Shown: one piece after another, positions 10,581 to 20,524 of the stretch
Layout: every line of letters starts with the position of its first letter
How positions within the stretch are numbered: the stretch's first letter is position 1
Source of the DNA: a virus
Virus record (IMG/VR): IMGVR_UViG_3300022848_000777
Span: 64,001 to 128,000 of that record
Strand: one strand, 5' to 3'
DNA length: 64,000 bases
The notes under the pieces: model-generated
What the model was told of the DNA's origin: nothing
Seen by the model: the letters and a program-made list of their open reading frames with translations, nothing else
Databases searched by the model: none
Made by a program: the position numbers and the translations under genes

Positions 10581-11791
10581 TAAGTAAAAAAGATATAAGT
10601 TTTATTCAACCCAGTCGAAATAATTTAAAATATCTGAAATGGTCATATGATTCGATCAGAAAGAATGGTGGGCCCGATCCACATATATGTGTTGCAGATG
10701 ATTTTTCATCAGATGGGACCTGGGAATGGTGTCAATCTACAATGAAAATAGATCCAAACTTTCTAGCTATTAGAAATGAAGGGCCTGATAGATTAGGACA
10801 TACTATATTATATGATAGATTGATTAATGAAGTTGCACCTACAAAGATAGTTGGTATTTTCCACGCTGATATGTATCTTTGCCCAGGATCATTGGAATCT
10901 GTAATTGAGAACATAAAACCTAAAACAATTGTATCTTTAACTAGAATTGAACCACCATTACATCCTGATGGCCCTGAGAAGATTTTATTAGATTGTGGAA
11001 CTGAGCCAGAAACTTTTGATGAAGAAAAGTTATTAAATTCATTAAAAATCCCCGCCACTGGTAAGATCACAAATGGGATATTTGCCCCTTGGTTTTTGTA
11101 CAAAGATGATTTTCAAGAGATAGGTGGGCATGATGTATTATATGCACCACAATCTAAAGAAGATTCTGATATTTTCAATAGGTTTCAATTAAATGGGTGT
11201 GAGTTTGTACAAACCTGGGATGGGTGTGTGTATCATATGACTTGTAGGGGAAGTCGATTTAATCCAACAATCACCGAAGTTGGAATTGCATCGGATGAAT
11301 GGCAAAAGCAGAATATAAAATCCACAAGAAACTTTATTAGGAAATGGGGGCACTTTGTCAAACATGATACAATGATGAAACCAATCATACCACCTAAATA
11401 TGATATAGCATTTATAGTGGATAATTGTAGTAGTGAATTGATATCTTTATTGGAGCCGTGGTGTTCTGCAATATATCTAAAAGATAATAATGTAAAGTTG
11501 GTGGGTGATTATATTACATTAGAGCAACCAAATACTAAATTTAATCTAAAGACTCGGGTATCTCAGTTAGGTATTAATGATCCACATACTGAGCATGATA
11601 TTGTTGTAGAATTCGATTGTATGGGTGTGAGTAATTATATGTTTGAATTAATTACACAATTTTCAGAAATCTTAAACAGATCGGATTTAGAATCTGGTGA
11701 ATTTATTCTTGAGATATTTAAATTTACAGTGAATAGTGTAAAAACATATGAAACTGACCTGATTAATATAAATTCTAATATTTATAGGTAA
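10577..11791 (+). CDS. GT2-family glycosyltransferase
   Basis: ADDFSSDGT, HADM, GGHD and EDSD motifs. Confidence 0.85.
   Translation: MISKKDISFIQPSRNNLKYLKWSYDSIRKNGGPDPHICVADDFSSDGTWEWCQSTMKIDPNFLAIRNEGPDRLGHTILYDRLINEVAPTKIVGIFHADMYLCPGSLESVIENIKPKTIVSLTRIEPPLHPDGPEKILLDCGTEPETFDEEKLLNSLKIPATGKITNGIFAPWFLYKDDFQEIGGHDVLYAPQSKEDSDIFNRFQLNGCEFVQTWDGCVYHMTCRGSRFNPTITEVGIASDEWQKQNIKSTRNFIRKWGHFVKHDTMMKPIIPPKYDIAFIVDNCSSELISLLEPWCSAIYLKDNNVKLVGDYITLEQPNTKFNLKTRVSQLGINDPHTEHDIVVEFDCMGVSNYMFELITQFSEILNRSDLESGEFILEIFKFTVNSVKTYETDLININSNIYR
11779..11790 (+). promoter_or_regulatory. candidate late promoter TATTTATA (also at 13103, 18139, 28219, 33721, 58818)
   Basis: Same octamer within about 45 nt upstream of six + strand starts; three copies extend to TATTTATAGGTA. 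Confidence 0.5.
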
Positions 11792-11807
11792 ATAAACGGT
11801 AATAACT

Positions 11808-12599
11808 ATGAGTGAATATAATTGGAAACATTGGATTTCCGAAGCTAACAATAGAAAACTTTACGATGAAAACCCACAACAAGCTTTAAGAGAGTACGGG
11901 TTTCAATTAAGTAAACGTCAACAGAAGTTTGATTATTATAAAACTTTAAATGAAGTGGCAAATGAAAATCAAACCGTACAGAATAGTGTTGGTATTGGTG
12001 GTAACACCTTTCTACCAGTTCCGCATTCAGGATATGGATTACTTTATAATTGGTTCGCCAGTGCAGATAGTCGTGGTATTGCACCCATTGGTTTTAGAAT
12101 TCCAACAGAAAGTGATTATGACGATATTATAAATAATTTCACCGCAGAAGAATTGAGAGCAGTATCGCCAATTTGGGATGGTACTAATTCATCGATGTTG
12201 AATTTATATCCATCTGGAATAAAAAATACTAATGGTTCTTTTGGTAATTTCACAAACGGATCTTTTAATTGGGCATCCAATGATGATGGTGATGATGCCG
12301 AAGTTTGGGGAACCGCAGCCACCTCAACAGTTGCAGCTGTTACTTATGACAAAAACGTTGGAGCCACAATTAGATGTGTATCAAGCAATGAGCCAGGAAA
12401 TGATGTGATCGAAGATGCATCAGGAAATGTCTATTCGTGGATTAAAATAGGATCTCTATATTGGTTGCAGCAGGCTTTGAAAACGACCAGATATAATAAC
12501 ACTGATGAAATTATAACAAATCTAAGTACATCTGATTGGGGATCGACATCAGTAGGTGCGTGGGATTATACAAATGGGGATAGGGATTTACTAACATAA
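11808..12599 (+). CDS. Fibrobacter succinogenes major paralogous (FISUMP)-like domain protein
   Basis: YGLLYNW, PIGFRIPT, GATIRCV and DASGNVY..IKIG..YW motifs. Confidence 0.7.
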   Translation: MSEYNWKHWISEANNRKLYDENPQQALREYGFQLSKRQQKFDYYKTLNEVANENQTVQNSVGIGGNTFLPVPHSGYGLLYNWFASADSRGIAPIGFRIPTESDYDDIINNFTAEELRAVSPIWDGTNSSMLNLYPSGIKNTNGSFGNFTNGSFNWASNDDGDDAEVWGTAATSTVAAVTYDKNVGATIRCVSSNEPGNDVIEDASGNVYSWIKIGSLYWLQQALKTTRYNNTDEIITNLSTSDWGSTSVGAWDYTNGDRDLLT

Positions 12600-12603
12600 T
12601 CTG

Positions 12604-12825
12604 ATGAAATATTATATAGAAGTAAAAGATGGTAATCATTTATCTATTGGAGAAAAATCATTTAAAAACTTTTGGACAGATCAGGGATATGATTTACTAT
12701 TAGAAATAGTTTTCAAAAAACCACATCTTATTGAATCAATGAAGATAAAAGATGAACAATCAAAAGAATATAATGTAGAAGAATTTATAGATTTTTTGGT
12801 AAATCTAAACGTAATACAAAATTAA
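12604..12825 (+). CDS. hypothetical protein
   Basis: 73-aa ORF in operon. Confidence 0.6.
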   Translation: MKYYIEVKDGNHLSIGEKSFKNFWTDQGYDLLLEIVFKKPHLIESMKIKDEQSKEYNVEEFIDFLVNLNVIQN

Positions 12826-13038
12826 ATGGGAAAGATACCGATTAATATTGACTATGATCAAATTGATGATGAGTATGGTGGTACAGAGCCAATTAAAAAA
12901 TCCAAAAATGATGGTGGGGTGTATAAAGAAGATCCGTATGATCAAAACTTTCACGAATCACAAAGGGAATCTACTAGAGGTCGAAAGGGTGATACTCACA
13001 TCGGTATAGAAAAGAAAAGACGGAATTGGAACGGTTGA
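12826..13038 (+). CDS. hypothetical protein
   Basis: 70-aa ORF abutting the previous gene. Confidence 0.55.
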   Translation: MGKIPINIDYDQIDDEYGGTEPIKKSKNDGGVYKEDPYDQNFHESQRESTRGRKGDTHIGIEKKRRNWNG

Positions 13039-13135
13039 GGTAAAAATCCCATCAATGAGGTGCCATCCATCATAGACCAGTGCGTTAAATAAAAATGTTC
13101 TATATTTATACTTAGGGTATTATTTAAAGGGTGAT

Positions 13136-13297
13136 ATGACATCTAAATGTAAATTATCGAAAGATCAATGGGAGTTTGTGTTATCTGTTAAGTTAGGACA
13201 CATACCACGTTCATCAGTGAGTATGCTTCAACGGAAGTTAGCTGATTCTACTGATGTTATTGATTTACGAAGGTACATAAAAAGTGCGGAAAATTAA
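13136..13297 (+). CDS. small protein with an LSKDQWEF motif (not in the ORF track)
   Basis: 53-aa ORF translated by hand; follows TATTTATA; N-terminus resembles the 37.5-41 kb family. Confidence 0.5.
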   Translation: MTSKCKLSKDQWEFVLSVKLGHIPRSSVSMLQRKLADSTDVIDLRRYIKSAEN

Positions 13298-13308
13298 AGA
13301 GATATCTT

Positions 13309-13908
13309 ATGAGTTATTATAGTTTAAAATTGATAAATAGAGCAGTGAAATCAAAAGGATATTCTTTTTTTACTGGTAAAAATTACGATGTAAATGTAAT
13401 TGGTGTACGTCGTAATCGAAGTAATGATATCACAAATGTATTTGATGATGTATTAACTATTTCATACAGAGGTTCAAATGGTAAGTGGAATTACCACGAA
13501 TATAAAGCAACTACTGATCCAGGAAAACATTGGATGAATCACCCGTTAAATTCAGATGGAACTGCAATTCTTGTTCCAGGTCAATATAGATCATCATACA
13601 AAATAGCCTTACATCAAGGTAAATATGAAGCATTATGCCAAAGAAAGCCCGTAAAGGTTTATAGGGATAATGATTTAGATAATGAGTATGATTTAGATCC
13701 AGATACTATTCAAAATGGATTGTTTGGTATAAACATACATAGGTCAAATCCGTATTCAGAATCATATTATGTAAATAAATGGTCGGCAGGTTGTCAGGTT
13801 TTCAAAAGAGTTAGTGATTTTGATAGATTTATGGGTATATTACATAACGCGGCATCTTTTTACGGTAATTCATTCACATACACATTAATAAACCATAGAG
13901 ATATATAA
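13309..13908 (+). CDS. L,D-transpeptidase (YkuD)-like cell-wall enzyme, possible lysin
   Basis: GINIH...WSAGCQV His/Cys catalytic pattern. Confidence 0.6.
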   Translation: MSYYSLKLINRAVKSKGYSFFTGKNYDVNVIGVRRNRSNDITNVFDDVLTISYRGSNGKWNYHEYKATTDPGKHWMNHPLNSDGTAILVPGQYRSSYKIALHQGKYEALCQRKPVKVYRDNDLDNEYDLDPDTIQNGLFGINIHRSNPYSESYYVNKWSAGCQVFKRVSDFDRFMGILHNAASFYGNSFTYTLINHRDI

Positions 13909-13917
13909 GGTATTCTA

Positions 13918-16900
13918 ATGAATAAGATAGAACAAATAAAAAATATAATTGAAGAGGAATTAAATAATTTCAATTTCAATTTCGATGAAGTAACCATACT
14001 TGAAGCATATATACTATCAGAGGGTGATATCAGCAGAAAAAACATGCCACAGGTTGATAGTGATAATTTACCACAAGCTATTAAACTTGCATCCGATAAG
14101 GTTAAGGTTAGTAGTGAGAAAATAGCAGTTGGGAAATTAAAGAAATCACAGAAAGAACTTCATAAGAATAAGATAATTGGTATATCCAAATCATTCAAAA
14201 ATGCTAAAGATTTAAAACCATTAGTGATATCTTCTGATAATTTCATAGTAGATGGGCATCATAGATGGGCAGCTGCTATTTACAAATGGGGTGATGATGT
14301 ATTAATTCCTGTCATTAGAATAGGATTACCTAAGATCAAAGCAATTACATTATTTAACAACATAGCTGTTAAATTAAAACAACCGAAAAAAGAATCTATA
14401 GTAATTGAATCTATATCAACTTCTGATAAATTAAAAATCTATAATAATTTAAAGAAAGGTGACTTTGTTGACATAAAGTTTGATTCATCAATTAGAAAGG
14501 GTGATGATTACAAAACTTTCATAGTATCAAAGGGTAAAACCACAGTTGGTAAACGAAAAGTTGAACGAATTTCTCTTAAACTAAAAAGTGGAATTGCAGG
14601 TGGTAATCGATGTTTTCTCTATCACAGAAAAACAAACAACGGAAAAGATATGATTGAATTAGCCATTGGTGATATGGCGGCTAGCATAGTTGATATGAAA
14701 GCATCTGCAAATGAATCTCTTAATGAAGATGATCCATGTTGGGATGATTATAAAGTCGGATCTCCTAAAACAAAAACATCCTCTTCATCTGGTAAAAGAG
14801 TTAATAACTGCGTTCCTAAAAATGAATCTAAAAAAAAAAGCATAGTTGAGAATAATCGACGAATAAAAGTATTAGATGGGCACTTAACGGCACATGATAA
14901 GAAAGTTATTAACCAAATGATGGATAATAATATGGATTCAGGCAAAGTTGGCAAGAAGACATTCATCATTAAAGATTTAGGTGATGGTAAATATCACATT
15001 ACTCAAAAGATAAAAGACCGAGGAATGATTCCTGTTCCAGGATCAGCATTTAGAATATCAACACATATATCTAATATTATAGTTAAAGAGGCCATAACAG
15101 TACCAATTGAAATTGGTGATACTGTTCTTGGTGGTAAGTTCAAAAATAAGAAAATTGTGGTTAAGACTATAGATACGAATGAAAAAGGTGATATCACTAT
15201 AAATGGTAAGCCATTTATGAAATTCAGAATCCTAAAGGAAAGTAGTGGTGAATCAATTCAATGTCAAAGTTGTGATCATAACTGGGAACTTGAATTTGAT
15301 GATGATAGACCTTATCTATGTCACTCTTGTGGGTATGATCAATCAATGCAAAAAATAGATATTGTAGCATTTGAAGATTGGAAATCTCAAAACAAACAGA
15401 TATCAGAATTAAACGAAGTTCAATCAAAATTAAAATTGAGTATTCCAAAGAACGTATTAGATATACACAAGGCATTCAAAAAGGAAGGTAGGAAGTTATA
15501 CATTGTGGGTGGTGCAGTAAGGGATGCGATTCTAAAGCAGACCCCTAAAGATTTTGATTTAGCAACTGATGCTAAACCTGATGATGTTTTAGATATCGCT
15601 AAGAAGTATGGATTTAAAACAGCAGAAGTTGGTAAACAATTTGGTGTTGTCATAGTAAATGGTGAAGAGATCGCCACATTTCGAAAAGATATCGGTAAAG
15701 GTAGGCGGCCTGATGCAGTAGATTACACTGATATATATGGTGATGTTAAACGTAGAGATCTAACTATAAATGCACTATTCTATGATATAGATAGAAAGCA
15801 AATAGTTGATTTGGTAGGTGGTATCGCTGACTTAAAGAATAAATCGATTAAAACTGTCGGTGATGCAAAGGATAGATTTGATGAAGATCCATTACGAAAG
15901 TTAAGGGCTTTACGTTTTACTGCAAGAATTGGTGGTAGAATGGAAAAAGACACGGTTAATGCTATAAAAGATAACCCCGATATTAGTGGTGTCTCAGCCG
16001 AACGTATCCGTGATGAGTTTATTAAATCAATTAAGACTGCTAAATCATCTAAATCTTACCTAAAGATGGTAGATTCATTTAAAATGCTGAAACAGATACT
16101 ACCAAATGTCCGATATAATACGGACTTTATAGAAAATGGCAACTATAAATTAGTAATAGCAAATTTACTAAGAAAGAACACCGATGATTTGGTGTATAAA
16201 GTACTTAAAAAGTTAAAATACACAGATAAAGAATCATTAGATATCGCATTCTTAATAAAATTAGTGGGATTAAAATCCGATGATGTGTATAAGATGAAAA
16301 GGGCTCAGGTTAAAACAACATTAGAAATTGGCGAAATTATAGAATGGGGTAACATCATAGGAAGTGATTTGAAAAAGTTCGCTAATTTTAAATTAAGTTA
16401 TGGTGGTAACGATGTTAAATCACTTGGATTGAAAGGAAAGGATATTGGTGATAAAATTGAACAAATGGAAATTGAAAAGTACATAAATGAATCACTTAAA
16501 TCAGCAGGTATTAAAAACTTTAAAGATTTATTCAAAAAGATGCCATCTGATTTACAAAAGAGAGTTTATAACTTAAAGAATAGTGATCAGAGACGTGACT
16601 TTCATCCCGAAGGTAACGTATTAAAGCATACTATTGTGGTTGTCAATAGAGCAATAAAAGATGATGATATTGATATAGCATTGGCGGCAATGTTCCATGA
16701 TATAGGTAAAGATGAAACTGCATCTTCAAGTCTAAAAACACGTGGTACACAGCACTTAGGGCATGAGGCGGTTTCAGCATCATTGGTTAAGAAACATAAG
16801 AAATTTATTGAAGATGTTGGTGGGAATGCAGCTAATGTATTCTATATAGTTAAAAATCATATGAGAATAAAGAAAATGCCTGATATGCGAAAGAAAAAGC

Positions 16901-17328
16901 AGGATAAATTGAAATCATTTAGAGCATTTGATAAACTAAACAAATTCACTAAACATGATAGGGGTGGTTTCGATGAATCGAATATTAACGAAATGCCAAA
17001 AGCTGATCTAGAGAAAATAGATAAGTTTGCCGATACGCAGTTAAAACCAATTGATGTTGATTTAACAGGTGCACATTTCTTTGCAAGATTGAACGATCCT
17101 AGAAATAAAAAAGAGATATCCGTTGCGGAGTTAGTACGATTTTTCAAACAATTGGGTAGAAATAAAAAAGAATTCCTATCTCTACTTGATAAATATAAAT
17201 CGTTGGTAGCTACTGATGATAAGACCAACATAAACATACCATTTATGAAAAAATCCAACAGAGCTATAGCAAAAACGGTTATGAGGAAGCGGGACTTTAA
17301 ATCATCTGATAAGAAGATAACAATTTAA
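13918..17328 (+). CDS. cca: multidomain protein: ParB-like + small modules + CCA-adding tRNA nucleotidyltransferase + HD phosphohydrolase + C-terminal domain
   Basis: VDGHHRW; GGAVRD, DFDLAT, RRDLTINAL, EDPLRKLRALRF; HPEG..LKHT, FHDIGK, GHE, NHM. Confidence 0.85.
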   Translation: MNKIEQIKNIIEEELNNFNFNFDEVTILEAYILSEGDISRKNMPQVDSDNLPQAIKLASDKVKVSSEKIAVGKLKKSQKELHKNKIIGISKSFKNAKDLKPLVISSDNFIVDGHHRWAAAIYKWGDDVLIPVIRIGLPKIKAITLFNNIAVKLKQPKKESIVIESISTSDKLKIYNNLKKGDFVDIKFDSSIRKGDDYKTFIVSKGKTTVGKRKVERISLKLKSGIAGGNRCFLYHRKTNNGKDMIELAIGDMAASIVDMKASANESLNEDDPCWDDYKVGSPKTKTSSSSGKRVNNCVPKNESKKKSIVENNRRIKVLDGHLTAHDKKVINQMMDNNMDSGKVGKKTFIIKDLGDGKYHITQKIKDRGMIPVPGSAFRISTHISNIIVKEAITVPIEIGDTVLGGKFKNKKIVVKTIDTNEKGDITINGKPFMKFRILKESSGESIQCQSCDHNWELEFDDDRPYLCHSCGYDQSMQKIDIVAFEDWKSQNKQISELNEVQSKLKLSIPKNVLDIHKAFKKEGRKLYIVGGAVRDAILKQTPKDFDLATDAKPDDVLDIAKKYGFKTAEVGKQFGVVIVNGEEIATFRKDIGKGRRPDAVDYTDIYGDVKRRDLTINALFYDIDRKQIVDLVGGIADLKNKSIKTVGDAKDRFDEDPLRKLRALRFTARIGGRMEKDTVNAIKDNPDISGVSAERIRDEFIKSIKTAKSSKSYLKMVDSFKMLKQILPNVRYNTDFIENGNYKLVIANLLRKNTDDLVYKVLKKLKYTDKESLDIAFLIKLVGLKSDDVYKMKRAQVKTTLEIGEIIEWGNIIGSDLKKFANFKLSYGGNDVKSLGLKGKDIGDKIEQMEIEKYINESLKSAGIKNFKDLFKKMPSDLQKRVYNLKNSDQRRDFHPEGNVLKHTIVVVNRAIKDDDIDIALAAMFHDIGKDETASSSLKTRGTQHLGHEAVSASLVKKHKKFIEDVGGNAANVFYIVKNHMRIKKMPDMRKKKQDKLKSFRAFDKLNKFTKHDRGGFDESNINEMPKADLEKIDKFADTQLKPIDVDLTGAHFFARLNDPRNKKEISVAELVRFFKQLGRNKKEFLSLLDKYKSLVATDDKTNINIPFMKKSNRAIAKTVMRKRDFKSSDKKITI

Positions 17329-17341
17329 TAACATAGTATGG

Positions 17342-17372
17342 TTTGATTTATCAAAATACTTTCGTATATTGT
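17342..17372 (+). promoter_or_regulatory. Bacteroidota-type promoter
   Basis: TTTG ... CGTATATTG upstream of 17398. Confidence 0.6.
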
Positions 17373-17397
17373 TATTCAAATTGATATATATTTGCAT

Positions 17398-18099
17398 ATG
17401 TACGATAAAATTACAGGAGTAATCACAAAATCAGTAATGAGACAGATACGAAGGTGTATAGAACATAAACCAACAAAAATGGGTTGTTATCTTATCAGAA
17501 CTGACCCACCGATGGGTAAGGGGATTCATTATCTACTATCACATGATAATGATTCGATACACATAGGTGATTTTAAAGACAAAAAATCGAAGTTATCATT
17601 ATCAAGTTCACTAAAGATTAAAATATCAGATACGGTTCCTTCGGGTGATTTCTATATAAATGCATTCGCTGATGAAGGACTTTGGTGTGATTTGCAATTA
17701 TTAATTGCTGTAAACCCAACCGATGGTCATCAAATTCTAAGTAAAATAAATCCATATATAAGAGAAGCAGTGCGGCATGAAATAGAACATTTCACCCAAC
17801 GTGGTGATAATCTTAAAATTTCAAAGAAAATAAGACATAATAATTCCATACGGGCTAAGATCAATTCGGGATTGCTACCAGTGTATAGGTATCTAATACT
17901 ACCTGATGAGATTGATGCTAATATACATGGGTTATATGCTAAGGCTAAGAGTATTAAAGAACCTTATCAAATTGTAGTTGATAATCATTTAGATTTATTT
18001 GTAAAGGATGGTGATCTTACAGATCGTGAGAGAAGTATTGTGTATAGATCGTGGAAAAATCGAATTCCAAAAATAGGTGGAATTCCAAAATTGAATTGA
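17398..18099 (+). CDS. HExxH zincin-like protein
   Basis: VRHEIEH plus a downstream EIDA motif. Confidence 0.55.
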   Translation: MYDKITGVITKSVMRQIRRCIEHKPTKMGCYLIRTDPPMGKGIHYLLSHDNDSIHIGDFKDKKSKLSLSSSLKIKISDTVPSGDFYINAFADEGLWCDLQLLIAVNPTDGHQILSKINPYIREAVRHEIEHFTQRGDNLKISKKIRHNNSIRAKINSGLLPVYRYLILPDEIDANIHGLYAKAKSIKEPYQIVVDNHLDLFVKDGDLTDRERSIVYRSWKNRIPKIGGIPKLN

Positions 18100-18162
18100 T
18101 TTAAAATCAGTATTGGTGAGTAATTAAATTTATTAACATATTTATAGACATAAACAAAAACT

Positions 18163-18387
18163 ATGGATTACGAGAATCAAGCAATGTTAGTTACATATGG
18201 TATTTTGAAATCACCAGATTTTAAATGGGATGGTGATTGGCCTAATGAAATGAAAATAGCTTTACTTAAAATTCTGATTAACTATTTTGAAAAATCACAA
18301 GAATACGAACGATGTGTTCTTCTTCAAAATATGTTAGTTGATAGGGAGAATGATGGTGAATATAATGATAAAGCAATTGCAGAGTGA
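18163..18387 (+). CDS. small protein with a UVR-like helical motif
   Basis: YFEKSQEYERCVLL. Confidence 0.45.
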   Translation: MDYENQAMLVTYGILKSPDFKWDGDWPNEMKIALLKILINYFEKSQEYERCVLLQNMLVDRENDGEYNDKAIAE

Positions 18388-18523
18388 TGTAATTAGAAAT
18401 GGTGATGATTTGATAGTATACCTTCGAACTGAAAATGATGTCAATATTGAGGCTCACCTTTGTAATGGGAGTGGGTTAATTGAAATAGTGCAGAAATTAC
18501 GTAAAAAGATACAATCTATATGA
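18365..18523 (+). CDS. hypothetical protein
   Basis: Short ORF overlapping its neighbours; start moved to ATG 18365. Confidence 0.4.
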   Translation: MIKQLQSDVIRNGDDLIVYLRTENDVNIEAHLCNGSGLIEIVQKLRKKIQSI

Positions 18524-18750
18524 AGTTAATAATGTTAAATGATGATATACATAGTTTCGAAGAGGTGATCTACCTGTTGGGTTCTTATTTAACATATCCC
18601 AAATCACAACTAATATCAATAGTATCTTTGGTGGATAATGTTGGGTGGTGTTCTGTAATGGAAAGTGAGAATACTGCTAGTATATCAGATGCAATGTCTT
18701 ATTTAACTAAACAGGGTTTATCTTTAAAAATAGAGGATTCGGATGTCTAA
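18520..18750 (+). CDS. ClpS-like protease adaptor
   Basis: LIMLNDDIHSFEEVIYLL matches the ClpS NDD.H/T signature; size fits the ClpS core. Confidence 0.65.
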   Translation: MKLIMLNDDIHSFEEVIYLLGSYLTYPKSQLISIVSLVDNVGWCSVMESENTASISDAMSYLTKQGLSLKIEDSDV

Positions 18751-18901
18751 ATCAAAAGGACTAGGTGATGATATTAAAAAGATAACTAAGTTTACTAAAA
18801 TAGATAAACTTGCCGAATCAATTGCTAAATATATGGGTAAGGATGATTGTGGTTGTGATGGAAGGGCTGATAAACTAAATACTTGGAAACCATACAAATA
18901 A
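18743..18901 (+). CDS. small phage protein (SKGLGD...DCGC), not in the ORF track
   Basis: 52-aa ORF translated by hand; fills the gap between genes. Confidence 0.6.
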   Translation: MSKSKGLGDDIKKITKFTKIDKLAESIAKYMGKDDCGCDGRADKLNTWKPYK

Positions 18902-18919
18902 AATTAATTAGGTGTAAAA

Positions 18920-20182
18920 ATGAAAATAAGCGAATATATTGAACGTGGGGTATTATCTAGGATAGTTGAGGAAACTGTATCTGTTAATTATATGAATAAG
19001 GATAAAGGATTTAAAGCTGATAAGAAAATATTCAAAGGTAAGAATGCATATGATAAAGCAGTGGCTTGGGCAAAAACGAACTTAGAAAAGTTTAATATGG
19101 ATAACATCAAATATGAATCATCAAATGTTGTCGAAGCTAAATCTGATGAGTATGCACTTGATTATAATGATGACAGACGACGATTCGCAGTTTATAAAGT
19201 AAATGGTGGTAAAGTAGTAGAATATTTCAAAAACGAAAAAGATGCTATAGACCATATGGATAAACTAAACTCATCAAAGAATGAATCAAATGATCGTATT
19301 GATGAAAAGTTAATTACATTTTCTAATAGATCACCGTATGGTCAAATAGTACTCTTAGCAGGTGGGGCTGGAAGTGGTAAGGGATTTGCAAGAGATAAAT
19401 TTATTGATTCAACGGGTTTCAAAGTCAGAGATGTTGATGAGATGAAAAAGGCACTTGGTAGGTTAGATAAACTAGGTAAGGTATCAATAGATGCCGTGTA
19501 TAAGAAATACGGTGGTAATTTAACACCAAAACAAGACAGACATATTCAAGAATTCGTTTTAAATAAGAACATGTCTATTTCAGATTTAGCTGACAACCTG
19601 AGCAACCCTGATAATGTAGCATCATTACATGCTATTGTTGATGCAATGGGTCTTAAAGATAAGTGGTTGGTTAATATGTTGAATGGAAAATCGAATAAAG
19701 AAACATTACCTAACTTAATGTTTGACATGACCGCTAAAAAGATAACCTCAGTAACCAATCTGATCAAACCTCTGGTAGATCGGGGTTATGATGCAAAAAA
19801 TATTCACTTAATATGGGTTCTATCAAATTACGAATTGGCAGTGGAGCGGAACAAAAAGAGACCTAGAGTAGTGCCAGATGATATGCAATTACAAACACAT
19901 GAAGGTGCAGCTGAAACAATTTGGGGTATATTAACTAAGGCAATACCAAAGGGATTAAATGGTAGAATTGATGTGATATTGGGTAACACCGAACATACTA
20001 TCAGACATAAAGATTCCAACGGTGATGAAATAGAAGATTCTATTAAAGGTTTTCTAGCATTACCAATCAAACCACAAGGAAAATCTATATTCCCTGAAAA
20101 GAATTGGAAGATGAGATTATATAGATGGGTACTTAAAAATGCACCTAAGAGTGTTGATGTACGATCTGATTCAGATAGTTAA
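18920..20182 (+). CDS. P-loop kinase (zeta/PNK-like) with N-terminal extra modules
   Basis: AGGAGSGKG Walker A, DVDE, and lid RNKKRPR motifs. Confidence 0.7.
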   Translation: MKISEYIERGVLSRIVEETVSVNYMNKDKGFKADKKIFKGKNAYDKAVAWAKTNLEKFNMDNIKYESSNVVEAKSDEYALDYNDDRRRFAVYKVNGGKVVEYFKNEKDAIDHMDKLNSSKNESNDRIDEKLITFSNRSPYGQIVLLAGGAGSGKGFARDKFIDSTGFKVRDVDEMKKALGRLDKLGKVSIDAVYKKYGGNLTPKQDRHIQEFVLNKNMSISDLADNLSNPDNVASLHAIVDAMGLKDKWLVNMLNGKSNKETLPNLMFDMTAKKITSVTNLIKPLVDRGYDAKNIHLIWVLSNYELAVERNKKRPRVVPDDMQLQTHEGAAETIWGILTKAIPKGLNGRIDVILGNTEHTIRHKDSNGDEIEDSIKGFLALPIKPQGKSIFPEKNWKMRLYRWVLKNAPKSVDVRSDSDS

Positions 20183-20273
20183 CAATTCCTTAACATACTA
20201 AATTAGGATTAATCAAATCAAAACAGTACCTTTATTTTGTTGGGTTGAGGAAGTAACCTCACCAATTTAAAAT
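20178..20273 (+). repeat. promoter-hairpin module, copy A (96 bp identical to 20525-20620)
   Basis: TTAACA-N5-TTAACA, TTAGG, TACCTTTA, hairpin TTGG-GT-TGAGG-AAGTAA-CCTCA-CCAA. Confidence 0.95.
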
Positions 20274-20302
20274 TATGATATTTGAATCAAATTAATATCA
20301 AG

Positions 20303-20518
20303 ATGAAAAAAGGGCAAACGTTTAAAATAAAGCATTCAGATGGGATCATTATCACCGAAGTTGTGGATATTGTTAAAAATATAAGAGAATTAAAAGCGGT
20401 TAATGTTTACCATCATATCCGAAAAAATAGTATAATACACACCTATTCAGAAGTTCTAAAAACTACTCTAGTAGTTTGTGAATCTTGCGCTGTTTACGAT
20501 TTAAAAGAAATAGTATAA
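20303..20518 (+). CDS. hypothetical protein flanked by 96-bp direct repeats
   Basis: ORF; start moved to ATG 20303. Confidence 0.6.
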   Translation: MKKGQTFKIKHSDGIIITEVVDIVKNIRELKAVNVYHHIRKNSIIHTYSEVLKTTLVVCESCAVYDLKEIV

Positions 20519-20524
20519 GAAAAC

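Noticed and set aside
11808-12599. Diversity-generating retroelement target
   Set aside because: No template repeat differing at adenines and no reverse transcriptase in the window
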